Shown: positions 40,650 through 54,139 of the stretch, one piece after another
Layout: every line of letters begins with the position of its first letter
Numbering within the stretch: the stretch's first letter is position 1
From: Octopus vulgaris
Taxonomy: Eukaryota
Direction: 5' to 3'
Assembly (NCBI GenBank): GCA_951406725.2
Contig: OX597817.1
Coordinates: 33,728,001-33,792,000 of the forward strand
DNA length: 64,000 bases
Translations under genes and position numbers: made by a program
The notes under the pieces: generated by a model
Databases searched by the model: none
Seen by the model: the letters and a program-made list of their open reading frames with translations, nothing else
Told to the model about the DNA's origin: nothing

Positions 40650-41240
40650 ACCTTATCACCACACATCACAATCTTTTGCTACCTTGTCTGAGAAGCCTGA
40701 GATCTGTCTTCTTTTGTTGCAGGTACATTCCACCATCAGTACATGGCACTTTTTCTATCCAACATTCATCACCCATTCACATTAGATGTCTCTATCAATA
40801 CAGGTGTCTCTTCTGCATACACCAGTCAATGTTTTAAATATGCTACTACGCTCTCAGATCACTTGTGCGCTTCTCCTTCATGTAAGTTAACAGAGTACAC
40901 CCAGTAGATCATATCTGACTGATTCTCCTCTCTTTAACTTCTGCAAATCCTTCATAATCAGTGCCAAAGTCTCACTACTATGGAACATTCACGTTTCTTA
41001 CATATGATTCACACAGTCTATCTTTTGCACAAGGAAAACTCTGCTATCAACAATTTTTGTTTTTAACTATATCTCCCTCTTACTATCCTTTCATTACATT
41101 CCCCTCCACTACTAATAATGTCACCTAAGTAACAGAAACTAACTATTATTTCTAGAAATCAAATTGAACAATAATTTGATTATTTGATTTCATTGTCCCT
41201 ATTGCTAATTAATCCTGGTTCCTTGTTAATAAGCCAGAGT
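40650..41240 (-). mobile_element. Degraded RTE-clade LINE 3' fragment
   Basis: Minus strand reads LEIIVSFCYLGDIISSGG at about 41100-41156; boundaries approximate. Confidence 0.6.
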
Positions 41241-42001
41241 TCTTTTGCATTAAGCATATAGATCAAGTGTGTGTGTGTGTGTGTGTGTATGTGTGTGTGT
41301 GTGTGAGTTTGTGTGTGTGTGTGTGCATGTGTGTACGTGCATGTGTGTGCGTGCATGCATGTGTGTGTGTCTATCCCTCTATCTATCTATATATTCTTTA
41401 TTTGTAGATTAACAATGACACCATTGATTTCATGCAGAAAAATTTACAATTTACATGTGTTCCACCAAATTTATCTCCATGTTCACAGCATTATTAATCT
41501 ACAAATAAAGACTGTATTTCTTCACCAAATGCAGGGAAGCATTCATTCTCATTTTGCCACCACTACCACACACACACACACACACACATACACATATCAA
41601 ACAAGGCCACTTACCTTATTTTGTACTCTCCACTACTAATTAGAATTTTGAACTTTGCCATATTGAATCTTAGGTCTTTGAACTCTAGACCATTCTTTCT
41701 CATTTGAAACTCTTCATGCTACACTTCAACAGATTTTGCAATGAGAATCAGATTCTTAACGTATGTTTCTAAGAGTATCTAGTCATGAACTCCAGCTGTA
41801 TTACTTCAAAAACTAGAAAGAATAGACTGTGGAGCTGACAATAAGGTCCTCATGAAGACACCAAATTCTTCATTAAGCATGGCTTGAATAGCTTTTACTA
41901 AGTGTACACATTATTTTCTCCTGTCTCACAAACATCAGGACTTGCAAATTCATCCAAAACATTCCAATATGAAAAATATAACAATATACATAAGAACTTA
42001 C

Positions 42002-42083
42002 AGACATGAGATCTTGACCCAACAAATTTGTCTGCCAAATCTTTGTCTGCATATCTGTCCACTGCAGCAAAAACGTCAGTGCT
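42002..42083 (-). CDS. PDIA5: PDIA5-like exon (STDVFAAVDRYADKDLADKFVGSRSHV)
   Basis: ttcttacag / gtaagt; 82 nt, phase 0 to 1; FAAVD...LA.KF thioredoxin pattern. Confidence 0.85.
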
Positions 42084-43311
42084 CTGTAAGAAGGATGAGA
42101 AAATGAATTTATAATTAGTTTGAGGAATAATTAATATTCTTAGGTGTTTTTGACAACAATATTGCAATGTATCATAAAACAAGCCAGTTGAGTTTTTGAG
42201 TAAGAAATATACTGAGTTCAAACTTTGGCACATGGCCAGCAGTTGATTACATCAATCCCAGTGCACAGCTGGTACTTATTTTATCAATCCCGAAAAGTTG
42301 AGCTCGGTAGAACAAGCACTTAGAATATAACAACAGATAATATGCCACTTTTTTGTCTCTAAACATAGAAATAAACAGATTTTTTTGGCTGACTTAAACA
42401 TATTACCAATATATTTTGCATATTCTTCATAGGTGAAAGATTAAGTGAAGATCAAAAAAATAAGACAACAGTATACTGTAACTCAGGGCAAACTAGTACT
42501 CCACTGGTTATTTGTTTGTTCCTTCTTGAGCCACACCTGGCTCATTAGGGCCGGTTTCCCGGTTTCCTTGGCATATAGGTTCCCCACCTGGATGGGACGC
42601 CGGTCCGTCGCAGGTGAGCTGCATGATGCAGGAGGAAAGAGTGAGAGAAAGTTGTGGCGAAAGAGTCAGCAGAAGTTTGCCATTACCTTCTGCCGGAGTC
42701 GCATGGAGCTTAGGTGTTTCGCTCATAAACACACACATCGCCCAGTCTTAGATTCGAATTCTTGACCACGAGTCTGCGGCTCTAACCACTAGGCCATGTA
42801 CCTCCACTATGCTGATGATTGTCCCAGTTGATCCAATCAACTGAACAGCCTACTCTTCAGACATGCATACCCTTGACGTAGTTCTTAGGAAGATTCAAGT
42901 GTCATACAGAATGTGCCCTTTGAAATACATATACTACTCATTTTAGCAGGCTAAGTGGACAGGAACAATGTGAAATAAAATGTCTTGCTCAGGCACACAA
43001 TGTGTCACCAGGAATTGAACCCACGAATTTACAATTGTGAACTGAATATCCTAACCACTACGCTACATGCCTTCACTTAGCACAAGCTGTTTAATGAGAA
43101 TACATCAATGGTTTTTTAATCAAACAGAAGCAGTGTTTTAATCAAACAGGTGCAGGAGTGGCTGTGTGGTAAGTAGCTTGTTTACCAACCACATGGTTCC
43201 AGGTTCAGTCCCACTGCGTGGCACCATGGGCAAGTGTCTTCTACTATAGCCTCGGGCCGACTAAAGCCTTGTGAGTGGATTTGGTAGACAGAAACTGAAA
43301 GAAGCCCGTCC

Positions 43312-43376
<65 letters not shown>

Positions 43377-43768
43377 TTGTCACCCTAGCATTGCTTGACA
43401 ACCGATGCTGGTGTGTTTATGTCCCCGTTACTTAGCGGTTCGGCAAAAGAGACCGATAGAATAAGTACTGGGCTTACAAAAGAATAAGTCCCGGGGTCGA
43501 GTTGCTCGATTAAAGGCTGTGCTCCAGCATGGCTGCAGTCAAATGACTGAAACAAGTAAAACTGTAAAGAGTAAAGAGAGTGTTAGTACATATGGTTTAT
43601 AGCATTACTAATCTAACTAATCATTCTAGCTTGACTTGTCAATTCAGTACTTCATCCCTGCAATAGTGCAAAATGGGTCAAAATGTATCAACCTAGCAAT
43701 GATAATTGAAATCCCTTATAACAACTATACTATTAATGGCAGCTAAATTAAATATTTTAGACGCTTAC

Positions 43769-43836
43769 CTCTCCAGCCTTAAGGAAAGTTGCCGTCGTGG
43801 AAAACTCTTTCATAAGTTCTGTGTCAGGGTGTTTGC
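43769..43836 (-). CDS. PDIA5: PDIA5-like exon with Cys-less pseudo-active site (GKHPDTELMKEFSTTATFLKAGE)
   Basis: tttcatcatag / GAG|gtaagc; 68 nt, same length and phases as the WCGHC exon at 53976-54043. Confidence 0.82.
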
Positions 43837-44850
43837 CTATGATGAAAGACAGAATAGACCAGACAATGAAAATGGTAAAAAGAACAGTTCACACCAATAA
43901 ATGTTCATAATAACAAGAAGCTTGTGTTTCAACTAGAATTTAATGCAATAACTATGAATAAAATGAAAGCTGTCATAAAGTATAATGATATTTCTATTGT
44001 TAAAGCATGCCAATCATACAATAAAAGTTATATAAATTATCATCATCATCATTTAATGTCCATTCTCCATGCTGGATTGGATTGGACAGTTTAACAGGAT
44101 CCAGCAAGCTGCAAAGCTGTGCTGAGTTCCAGTGTCAGCTATAATATGTTTTCTACAATCAGATTTCCTTTCTAACACCAACCACCTTACAATGTGTATT
44201 GTGTGCTTTTTTTTTTTCATGCCACCAGCACTAGTGAGGTCACCAAGTTACAAGACTAAAAAGAAGAGGGAAGAGGAAGAGCCCTTGCATTACTAAGTGG
44301 TAAGTATTAGGAAAGGGGAATTGGCTAAAGTATGCCAGGTGCTGAGAGGCTAAAGTATGACAGAGGGTCAAGAATAGATGCTTTACTATAGATGAGACAC
44401 ATGTCATTCCTACATTATAATGGTAAGTTGTAATAGTTGGGAAGTTAAAAATATATGCTTTTAACATTACTAAATTATGATGAGAGAGTCACAGATGGCT
44501 GAATCTTTAGACTGCAGACCTACTGGCTAGAAAATCAAGGATTCATATTCTCTTGCTAGATTTAAGTGGTGTCTCTAATAAAAAGACTTAAATCAAACTG
44601 ATTCACTTGTAAATATGTACCATGAGTGAGGTACCAGCTCACAACTATAACCAGCAGGAACACTAAGGAATGTTTTGTTAGCTTGTAATGCAGAGTTTAA
44701 TACTTTCATACTGCACTGGAGAGAACATGAATACCAACAGTCATGAAAGATTGAAAATAGTGCCTTGATAACCATTCCAGAGTTAAAAGAACAAATAATT
44801 ATTTCTAAATTCATAAGAAAAAAATTGTTATTGACAATAACAGAACTTAC

Positions 44851-45046
44851 CTGAATAGAACAATACTAGGGCTGAAGGATTCTCACTGATAAAGTAGTCA
44901 AATGAAATAGAAGATAACAAACTGACATCTTTGAAAGAAGGCCCAACTTCTTTTAGCCAAAATTCTTCTTGTGGTGACAACTTAGGAACTGGTTCTTGTG
45001 TAGGAGGAGCATTTGGAGATTTCAAGAAATTTACAAAATCTGCTGT
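44851..45046 (-). CDS. PDIA5: PDIA5-like exon starting extra Trx-like domain 1 (TADFVNFLKSP...ENPSALVLFYS)
   Basis: tttttcag / G|gtaagt; 196 nt, phase 0 to 1. Confidence 0.9.
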
Positions 45047-45375
45047 CTGAAAAAGACAGGAATCAGGATAATTCATATGAATACTTTATTTTGGAAAATA
45101 TTTTCACTATAAACTATTAAAGAATATTGAGGAACTGAAGCAACTTTCCTAAAACCAGCTACCACATTCTGAAGTGGAAGCAGCAAATATTGTCAGGTGG
45201 AGTTAGATTTGAGTTATCATGTCTAGAAATGTAGATGCAGTTGTCACAACATTAGAAGCACAAAATGAATCATGCATACATCTTATCAATATTTCAATGT
45301 CAGAAGGAGGTAGTGAAGGATAATGCTCTACCCAAGATAAAGAAATAAAAGTATCAAACAATAAAACCTATTTTC

Positions 45376-45765
45376 CGTGCAGTTCTATATTTAAGAGATG
45401 AGGAATTATGTACATTATTTACATTATTTACATTCGACGGATAGGCAGATGGAGTGCAGGTATGAGCAGCATATGAGAGCCGGTATTAAGGAAGAATAAA
45501 AAAATATTAGATTTATAAGCCCTAAAATTCACTCCATAATTGCTCACGGGCATATAGTGGTTAAGAGCGCGGGCTACTAACCCCCAAGATTCCGAGTTTG
45601 ATTCTAAGCAGTGACCTGAACACTATTAATAATAATACCTTAGGTTCGAAATTTCTCCAAGACACCTGAAGAAGGCTGGAGGGTATATCAGCCGAAACGT
45701 TGTGTTAACAACAAACAAGATGAGGACAAATATCCGTCGAATGTAAATAATGTAAATAATGTAAA
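45376..45765 (+). mobile_element. Penelope-like composite: inverted tail, tRNA-like segment and hammerhead
   Basis: 33-bp perfect inverted repeat 45411-45443 / 45731-45763; ctattttc direct repeat at 45368 and 45766; tRNA-like segment 45548-45616. Confidence 0.65.
45661..45706 (+). ncRNA. Minimal type I hammerhead ribozyme with an extra A after A9
   Basis: gacac CTGAAGA a ggctg gagggtatat cagcc GAAA cg TT gtgtt; palindromic aacgtt stem III. Confidence 0.65.
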
Positions 45766-46375
45766 CTATTTTCAGTGTGTATAATAGCAGCTCATCGCTA
45801 TTAAACACACTGGAAATTTAGATCCAATAAATGTTTCAGAGACTTGTTAACAAAAACTAGGAAAGGAAAAAGCATTCATTTAAAAACTGATAAAAGAAAA
45901 GCTTGAATATATAGGTACAGATAATGGCCACGTGGTTAAGAAGCTTGCTTTGAAATCATATCATTTTGGGTTCAGTCCCATTGTGAAGCAAGTTGGGCAA
46001 GTGTTTTTCATTATAGCCCCAGATCAACTAATGCCCTATGAGTGAATTTAGTAAATAGAAATTCTGTAGAAACCAACCACATATTCATGCGTTTGTGTCT
46101 GAGTGTGTATTTTTGTGTTTGTTCAACTAAGTTCTTCAAGACAATACCTAGCATGATTGCAGCCAAATGACTAACACAAGTCAAAGAATGGTTGGCATTA
46201 GGAAGGGCATCTAGCCATAGAAAACCATGCCAAATCAGGCTGGATCCTGGTGCAGTTATTTATGAAAGTTATTTTCATATATTCTCAAACAAGTACAATC
46301 ATTAAATCATAAATTGTATCTATCACTGTTAATGCCACAGTATATGTAGAAGACAAAAGAAAAAAAAACACTTAC

Positions 46376-46504
46376 TGTTCTGCCACCCATGTAGTCTTGT
46401 GGATTCTTGCCATAATTGAAGTACTTCAGGGTAGGATAACCTTTCACATCGTGAGCTGTACACAAAGAAGTATGTTCTGTGCAGTCCACAGCACATATGG
46501 CAAG
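46376..46504 (-). CDS. PDIA5: PDIA5-like exon (LAICAVDCTEHTSLCTAHDVKGYPTLKYFNYGKNPQDYMGGRT)
   Basis: ttttcag / gtaagt; 129 nt; resembles human IACAAVDC...VKGYPT...YGK...RT. Confidence 0.95.
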
Positions 46505-47198
46505 CTGAAAAAGAAATAACGATAATACACAATGATATAATCCAAACTATTTTCGATAAAATTTTTAGTTAGAAGAAATATCATTAGTTCAGCACAAGGA
46601 TTTATCAGGCACACAACAGAGACTTGACTATGTAATATAATTTGTTGAAAAACTTCAGTTAACTGAAATTAACCATGTACTTAGAAGACAAAAATTCATT
46701 CTGGATGTGTTTATAATATAAATCAACAAGCAAGAGAGATAATTCCAATAACATTATCTGATCCAAATTTTTGTAAGATAAAATCAATGTAATTATGATA
46801 GGAGCTTGTTTCTAAAGTCCACTAGTGGAAGCCACAGACATATTTCAGCCTTGTTAGATCTTATCAGCAAAGTACATTCATCTCAGCTGACAAATCTTAA
46901 AAATGTTCAGAATACAGAGAAACAGAGAAAATGTAGTGTTCGTAACTAATTGCCATCACACAAGTGTTCTTTCTTTATCAGTAAAATATGTCAGTAATGT
47001 ATGTTTAAAACTGTTGTCAATATATACAATAAACATTTACATATATGATACTTGATCTTACACAATTCATCAAAAACAGAGCATCTTAATTACACTGAAT
47101 CTATTTCTATGTAATTTACTAGTTCCAAAATTACAGATAAAAACGAAAAGAAATAGAACTGCAAAATTATGTTTTAAACAAGACAAAAATTAACTTAC

Positions 47199-47269
47199 TT
47201 TAGGTTCATCTTTCAATTGTAAAGCAGCTTCTGTGAATTCTGGCTTAGCTTTCTTACAGTGTCCACACC
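47199..47269 (-). CDS. PDIA5: PDIA5-like exon with second WCGHC (CGHCKKAKPEFTEAALQLKDEPK)
   Basis: catttag / gtaagt; 71 nt. Confidence 0.93.
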
Positions 47270-49961
47270 CTAAATGCATAAAGTATTTGATTTCAGAGAA
47301 ACTTTACTACAGTTTATTAATTATAAAAAATAAATGCACCCTTTTAAAACCTAGCCAGGCTCATGGGTCAAGTTTCCCGGTTTCTATGGCGTATGTGCTC
47401 TCCAGATGGACGGGACGCCAGTCCATCGCAGTATTACTCATTTTTGCCAGCTGAGTGGACTGGAGCAATGTGAAATGAAGTGTTTTGCTCAAGAATACAA
47501 CACGTCGCCCGGTCCAGGAATTGAAACCACAATCTTACAATCATGATGCTGACACCCTAACCACTAAGCCACACGCCTCCACATTAATTATTATAGCATT
47601 ACTAATAATTACAATAACTACTTAGGACAAGCTATGAATTACAACAAATAGATATCAAAAGAAATCACTTTAGAAGAAAGATATAACTATACTCCAAAAG
47701 AAAAGAAAAAAATCCTTCTTAACATACAATATATATATCATCCACTGCCAGGATAAGAACAAATGGAAAATGAAAAAACTTTAAATTCAATCAAAATCAA
47801 TGTCTGAATTTGAACCATTTGACTCATTCTGATAATTTGAAAATGAATTTAACCAAGTTAAGTAACAAACACAGTGGCTTGCTGTTTATACCAATAATAT
47901 TTTATCCATACTTTCTACGGTGGTTTGAGGATGGGACTGTTTTGGGTTTGTTTGTTTTTTTTTGTTTTGGAACATCTTATTTTAAAATCAAGCATGAAAG
48001 AAGCAAGGCTTCTATCCTAGGGTAGAGGAAATAGATTACATTGTTAAAAACAATTCTAGGAATTACAACAGAAACATTGGCAAATGTTCATCTTTTTTCT
48101 CTTTCAATTGTAAAGGTTGCAATTTATGAATTAAATTTTCTAATACTTATCATAAAGATTTAAAGCATGTCAGAGGATAGACATGTCTTGATTCGAATTC
48201 GTTTCTAAAACTGACTTTAGCTACAACGGATATCAAGATGACAAGAGTTAGATTATCATCATCATTATCTTCATTTAGCATCCATTTGTCCATGCTGGCA
48301 TAGGTTGGATGGTTTGACCAGGGCTAGTAAGCTGAAGGACTCCACCATAATCCAGTCTGATTTGGCATGGTTTCTATAGCTGGATGTCTCTCCTAATGCC
48401 AACCACTCCAAGAGTGTAATGCGTGCATTTACATGCCACCAGCATGGGTGCCAGTTGCCTAATTTCGGTATCTGCTATAACTACAATTTCACATGGCTTG
48501 ATGGCTCTTCCTTCTCAAGCACAACATATTACCAAAGGTCTCGGTCATTTGTCACTGACTCTGTGAAGCCCAGCACTCTTTATGTGCCACTGGCATGAGG
48601 GCTAATTACATGGGTGCTAAATTGATCTAGCTTGCTCTACTTAGAAGAGTTGAGTCTATAGTGCTGTAAAACAATACTAAGTCATTCTAGAAAATTTTCT
48701 TGCTTTTTTTTTTCCAAGACTAGATACTGGTAGCAAACAATATTGTCTCAGACTGAACATTCAGTTATTCATTTGACTGTTCCCTCATTCATTTTGCTTA
48801 ATGTTTGCATTTCCATGCAAGCATAGCTTAGATAGAAGCTAATTGAAGTAGGATTTTTACAGGCATTGGTTCTCCTTGTAGCAAAACCTTAACTATTTTT
48901 CAAATAAGGGAATTTTTTTATCCCAGAGGAATTTGAAAGCACAGAGAAAGTGGATGATTCTTCAACAGGAAATGTCAACCAATGACATTGTTTGCACCAC
49001 AATCAAAAAAGGCAATGTTGTTATTCGTAGCCATGGTTCCATGTGTGCTGTAAACATCCATGCAGAGGCACACACACACACACACACACACATAATATAC
49101 ATGACGGGCTCTTTCAGTTTTTGTCTACTAAACTCCTTCACATAGCATTGGTCAGCCCAAAGCTATAATAGAAGACTTGCCTCAGGAGTCACACAGTGGG
49201 ATTGAACCTGAAGCCACATGATTAAGAAACAAACTTCTTATCTATGCAACCATGCCTTAGCATCATCATCACCATTTAATGTCCACTTTCCATGCTGGCA
49301 TGGGTTGGACAGTTTGACTAAAAACTGGTAAGTTCTAGTCTGATTTGGCAAGGTTTCTATGGCTGGATGCTCTTCCTAATGCCAACTACTCCAAGAGTGT
49401 AGGAAATGCTTTTTATGTGCCACCTGCACGTACATTATAAAAATTACAAAGACACATTTGAGTTTCATATGAAGAGGTATTTCATTGCTGTGGTACTGCA
49501 GAGGAACTAAAGAAATTACCATTCAATAAAAGTATCAAGGAAACAACTAATGAGTACAAACAAAATGGGACAAAGCTAATTTGATAGGAATTGGTAATTT
49601 GAGGGACAATATTTCAGATATTGATTACAAAGAGGAATTAGCCAGTTTTTAGAAGCAAAATGAATTTATAAGAAAATTTTAATAAACAGGTTAACAGAAA
49701 AACAAAATGAAAGGAAGATTAAATAATTGTAATAGAATACTCTCTTTACTCTTTACTCTCTTTTACTCTTTTACTTGTTTCAGTCATTTGACTGTGGCCA
49801 TGCTGGAGCACCGCCTTTAGTCGAGCAAATCAACCCCAGGACTTACTCTTTGTAAACCTAGTATTTATTCTATCGGTCTCTTTTGCTGAACTGCTAAGTT
49901 ATGGGGACGTAAACACACCAGCATCGGTTGTCGAGGGGGACAAACACAGACATACAAACAT

Positions 49962-49994
<33 letters not shown>

Positions 49995-50309
49995 CATATA
50001 TACGACGGGCGTCTTTCAGTTTCCATCTACCAAATCCACTCACATGGCTTTGGTCGGTCCGTGGCTATAGTAGAAGACACTTGCCCAAGGTGCCATGCAG
50101 TGGGACTGAACCTGGGAACCATGTGGTTGGTAAGCAAGCTACTTACCACACAGCCACTCCTGTGCCTATATTCACTTCACCATACAAAAAAATGTAATAC
50201 ATTAAATGAGTGTTACACAAAGAAGTGTATTTCAAAATGCAAGACACACAAATGAAAAATAAAATCAATCAAGATGTTAGTGAATGCGAAAAATGAGCTA
50301 AATGCTTAC

Positions 50310-50449
50310 ATGGAGCATAAAACATTACTAAGCTATGCTTCTTCTTCTTCAGAATAGTTTTGAAGTTTTCTGCAGTCAAATGATGAACATCACTCTCAGT
50401 ATCTGCCCACTTGGGTTCTGGTGGAGGTGGAGGTGGTGGTTCTTTGGGA
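50310..50449 (-). CDS. PDIA5: PDIA5-like exon (PKEPPPPPPPEPKW...KKKKHSLVMFYAP)
   Basis: tttcag / gtaagc; 140 nt; PPPPEPxW and LKKKKHxLVMFYAP are characteristic of PDIA5. Confidence 0.95.
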
Positions 50450-50596
50450 CTGAAATAGAAAAAGTAATTGAAAATGTAGTTTGATATTTTGGGTTTTACT
50501 GTTAGAATTGGTTATGTTATGCGATAAAATATCTAAGTGAAATTACTTTCTACCAAACTAAATAGTGTGGTCAGCATGGATGATGTCTCACTACAC

Positions 50597-50987
50597 TCAT
50601 CATCATCATCATCATCATCATCATTTAGTGTCCGCTTTCCATGCTAGCATGGGTTGGACGGTTCAACTGGGGTCTGGGAAGCAGAAGGCTGCACCAGGCC
50701 CAGTCTGATCTGGCAGTGTTTCTACGGCTGGATGCCCTTCCTAACGCCAACCACTCCATGAGTGTAGTGGGTGCCTTTTACGTGCCACCCGCACAGGTGC
50801 CAGACGGGGCTGGCAAACGGCCACGGACGGATGGTGCTTTTTACGTGCCACCGGCACGGGGGCCAGGCAAGGCTGGCAACGGCCACGATCGGATGTTGCT
50901 TTTTACGTGCCACCGGCACGGAGGCCAGTTGGGGCGGCGCTGGCAACGGACACGGTCGGGTGGTGCTTTTTACGTGCCACCGACACG
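50597..50987 (-). mobile_element. SINE-like family C with (GAT)n tail and internal ~60-bp tandem units. Other copies near 29775-30210, 33866-34155, 36140-36435, 36452-36670, 38683-38967, 44040, 48255, 49260, 51430, 51580, 52895
   Basis: Shared core ggatgcccttcctaacgccaaccactc; copies end in (CAT)n/(GAT)n; orientation inferred from the tail. Confidence 0.85.
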
Positions 50988-51886
50988 AAAATTCTTATAG
51001 TGATACCTCTTAACCCTCCCCTTAATAAAGAAACAAATGATGTATCTGAGCATTTCGGGATGGACTACAATCTTAAATGAGCTCACTAAATAGATTTGAA
51101 TAACTAAATTACAAATAGTTTTATCTTTTGATAAATAACTACAAAATTTGAAAATTGAAGACAATACAAATTTATCTTTGCCAAAATGGAACTGAAATTA
51201 TCTTCCTAAAGGATTCAAAATTAAGAATGACTTTATCCATTACCTTACACAAAAGATTAAAAAATTTCCTTAAAACATTCAAATATAGATATAAAAAAAA
51301 TCATAAAACAATAATATAATCAAAACTTGTCTAGTTTATATGCATATAAGGGATATATTTAACTTATCGCCAAGCATAGTTGGATGAACCTTCAAAATCA
51401 TACCTGCACAGGAAAATCATCATCATCATGGAGTGGTTGACATTAGGAAGGGCATCCAGCCGTAGAAACATTGCCAGATCAGACTGGGTCTGGTGCAGCC
51501 TTCTGGCTTCCCAGACCCCAGTTGCACCATCCAACCCATGCCAGCATGGAAAGCGGACGCTAAACGATGATGATGATTATCATCATCATCATTATCATCA
51601 TCATTTAACATCCATTTTCTATGTTGGCATGGGTTGGATGGTTTGACAGGAGCTGGTCAGCCACAGAGCAGCCCAGGCTCCAATTGTCTGTTTTGGCATA
51701 ATTTCAATGGCTGGATGTCCTTCCCAATGCCAACCACTCTACAGAGTGTACTGGGTGCTTTTTATGTAGCACTGGCATCGGTGCTTTATACACGGCACCA
51801 GTACAGGTGCTTTTTGTGTGGCAGATATGTTTATGTCTAGTGACATAAAAAAAAAACTGTCAAGTAAAAATGAAAATAAAACTTAC

Positions 51887-51952
51887 TCTTTCATAAAGGA
51901 AACAATGTCAGCAGCTTTCCTTTCATTGAAGTCCCACATATATTCTCCATTG
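51887..51952 (-). CDS. PDIA5: PDIA5-like exon (NGEYMWDFNERKAADIVSFMK)
   Basis: ttttcag / gtaagt; 66 nt, phase 2 to 2. Confidence 0.9.
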
Positions 51953-52260
51953 CTGAAAACACAAACAAATGTGGTATTTATTGAATTAAAAGTAATATAT
52001 AACCTTTAAAAATATTTAAGAAAATATTTATACTCTTTTACTCTCTTTTTACTCTCTTACTTGTTTCAGTCATTTGACTGTGGCCATGCTGGAGCACCGC
52101 CTTTAGTCAAGCAAATCGACCCCAGGACTTATTCTTTGTAAGCCTAGTACTTATTCTATCGGTCTCTTTTGCCAAACCGTTAAGTTACAGGGATGTAAAC
52201 ACACCAGCATCAGTTGTCAAGCGATGTTGGGGGACAAATACAGACACACAAACACACACC

Positions 52261-52310
<50 letters not shown>

Positions 52311-52616
52311 TACGACGGGCTTTCTTTCAGTTTCCGTCTACCAAATCCACTCACAAGGCTTTGGTCAGCCTGAGGCTATAGTAGAAGACACTTGCCCAAG
52401 GTGCCACGCAGTGGGACCAAACCCGGAGCCATGTGGTTGGTAAGCAAGCTACTTACCACACAGCCACTCCTGCGCCTAATACAGAATCTTTTTTCATATA
52501 CTCAATCAGATGTAGATAAATACTCATTAAATACATTCATAGTAACATTTTCAATTCAGAGGTAAATTTGAAATAGTCTTTTTGAGATGTTTTATTTCAT
52601 CTTTATTAACACTTAC

Positions 52617-52711
52617 CGAAAGTATTTCACAGTGGGAAATCCTTTAATTTTAAACCGTTCACTGATTTGGCTTTCTTGAGTGGAATCAATAGCAGCTAAT
52701 GCTCCATCAAT
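52617..52711 (-). CDS. PDIA5: PDIA5-like exon (IDGALAAIDSTQESQISERFKIKGFPTVKYF)
   Basis: cctacag / gtaagt; 95 nt. Confidence 0.93.
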
Positions 52712-53975
52712 CTGTAGGTAGCAAAATCATAAATCAAATAGCTTTAGCAACTATAAGAAAAACACATGAAAAAAAATGCAGTGTAAAATACATAAAGGCG
52801 TCTGTGTGAGAAAATGGTTACAGGGAGTTGTAGAAGTAATGAAGGAGAGACTTATGAAAAAACTATGCAAGAGAAAATTAAATGCATCAATAAACATCAT
52901 CATCATCATCGTTTAACGTCCGTTTTCCATGCTAGCATGGGTTGGACGATTTGACTGAGGGCTGGCAAACCAGATGGCTGCACCAGGCTCCAATCTAATC
53001 TGGCAGAGTTTCTTCAGCTGGATGCCCTTCCTAACGCCAACCACTCCAAGAGTGTAGTGGGTGCTTTTATGTGCCACTGGCACGGGGCCAGTCAGGCGGC
53101 ACTGGCAACAATCACGCTCGAATGGTGCCTTTTATGTGCCACTATGGAAAATATCATCAGATGATTCTTAAGATAAAATTGTGCCATTTTGTGATTTATC
53201 ATGAAAGTATCTGAGATGAAAAAATAGTAGTGCTAGAGCCATCTGCCTTCTTTCCATCTTGACAATAACTCACTAACAGAGATTATTTTTTTTATCATTA
53301 AATATCAGCTCAGCAATATATACTAAAAGAACTCTCAGCAATTAGACAATGGTTCTACAACATGCAATAAACTGTGCCTCCTCACATTTAGGTGAGAATT
53401 GGGTGTTGATAAACAGGATACAAACTGTCAGACTTTTGGCTAGTAGAGTGATATTGAATAATTTTAATCAACTATGGTACCCAGAGAAGAATGTGGTTGC
53501 TTTATATACAAATTCAAACTAGTAGCTTTCAAAAAAATAACTTGCTACCAATAAAATATTGATGTTGCTCCATAATTAGTTTGAATTTGATTGAAAGATG
53601 TTTTCACATCATTTACTATTGGAAACAACTCTTCATTTTGCACTCACCGCTATTTATGCCTCAGCTTCCAACTCTCATACTAAATACTGGTCTGCCATTT
53701 CTCATTACAACTATATTCTACTGTAAGTCTCTTCCAGCATACAATCACTCCCCAGTATCCAAAAGGTCAAACTAAACTTTTAGCAGATTAACTTCACTCA
53801 ACTTCCTCAAGCCCCTAAACTAAAAGTATTACAGGCACTGGTACACTTTCTCACACTAAGTACACCACATACAGTTCTTTTACTGCAAGCCTTACTCTCA
53901 GATAAGAAATACTAAGATAACGACTAACACTTTGATAATGGAATAACAAATATTAAATCTGAGCTTCATAATTAC

Positions 53976-54043
53976 ATTTTCTTCTTTTAATGCTGCAGCT
54001 GCTTCAATATATTCAGGTTTCATTTTCTTACAATGACCACACC
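53976..54043 (-). CDS. PDIA5: PDIA5-like exon with active site WCGHC (CGHCKKMKPEYIEAAAALKEEN)
   Basis: tttatag / gtaatt; 68 nt; Trp codon split T|GG. Confidence 0.93.
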
Positions 54044-54139
54044 CTATAAAATGAATAATTTGTTAACAAATAATGATGGAAAGCAAATATAAGGATTTAG
54101 CAAATTGAGAAATCATAATTTCTTAACTAAGATTCTTCA

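Noticed and set aside
45548-45616. Functional tRNA gene with ACT anticodon
   Set aside because: Acceptor and T stems do not pair properly; it sits inside a mobile element
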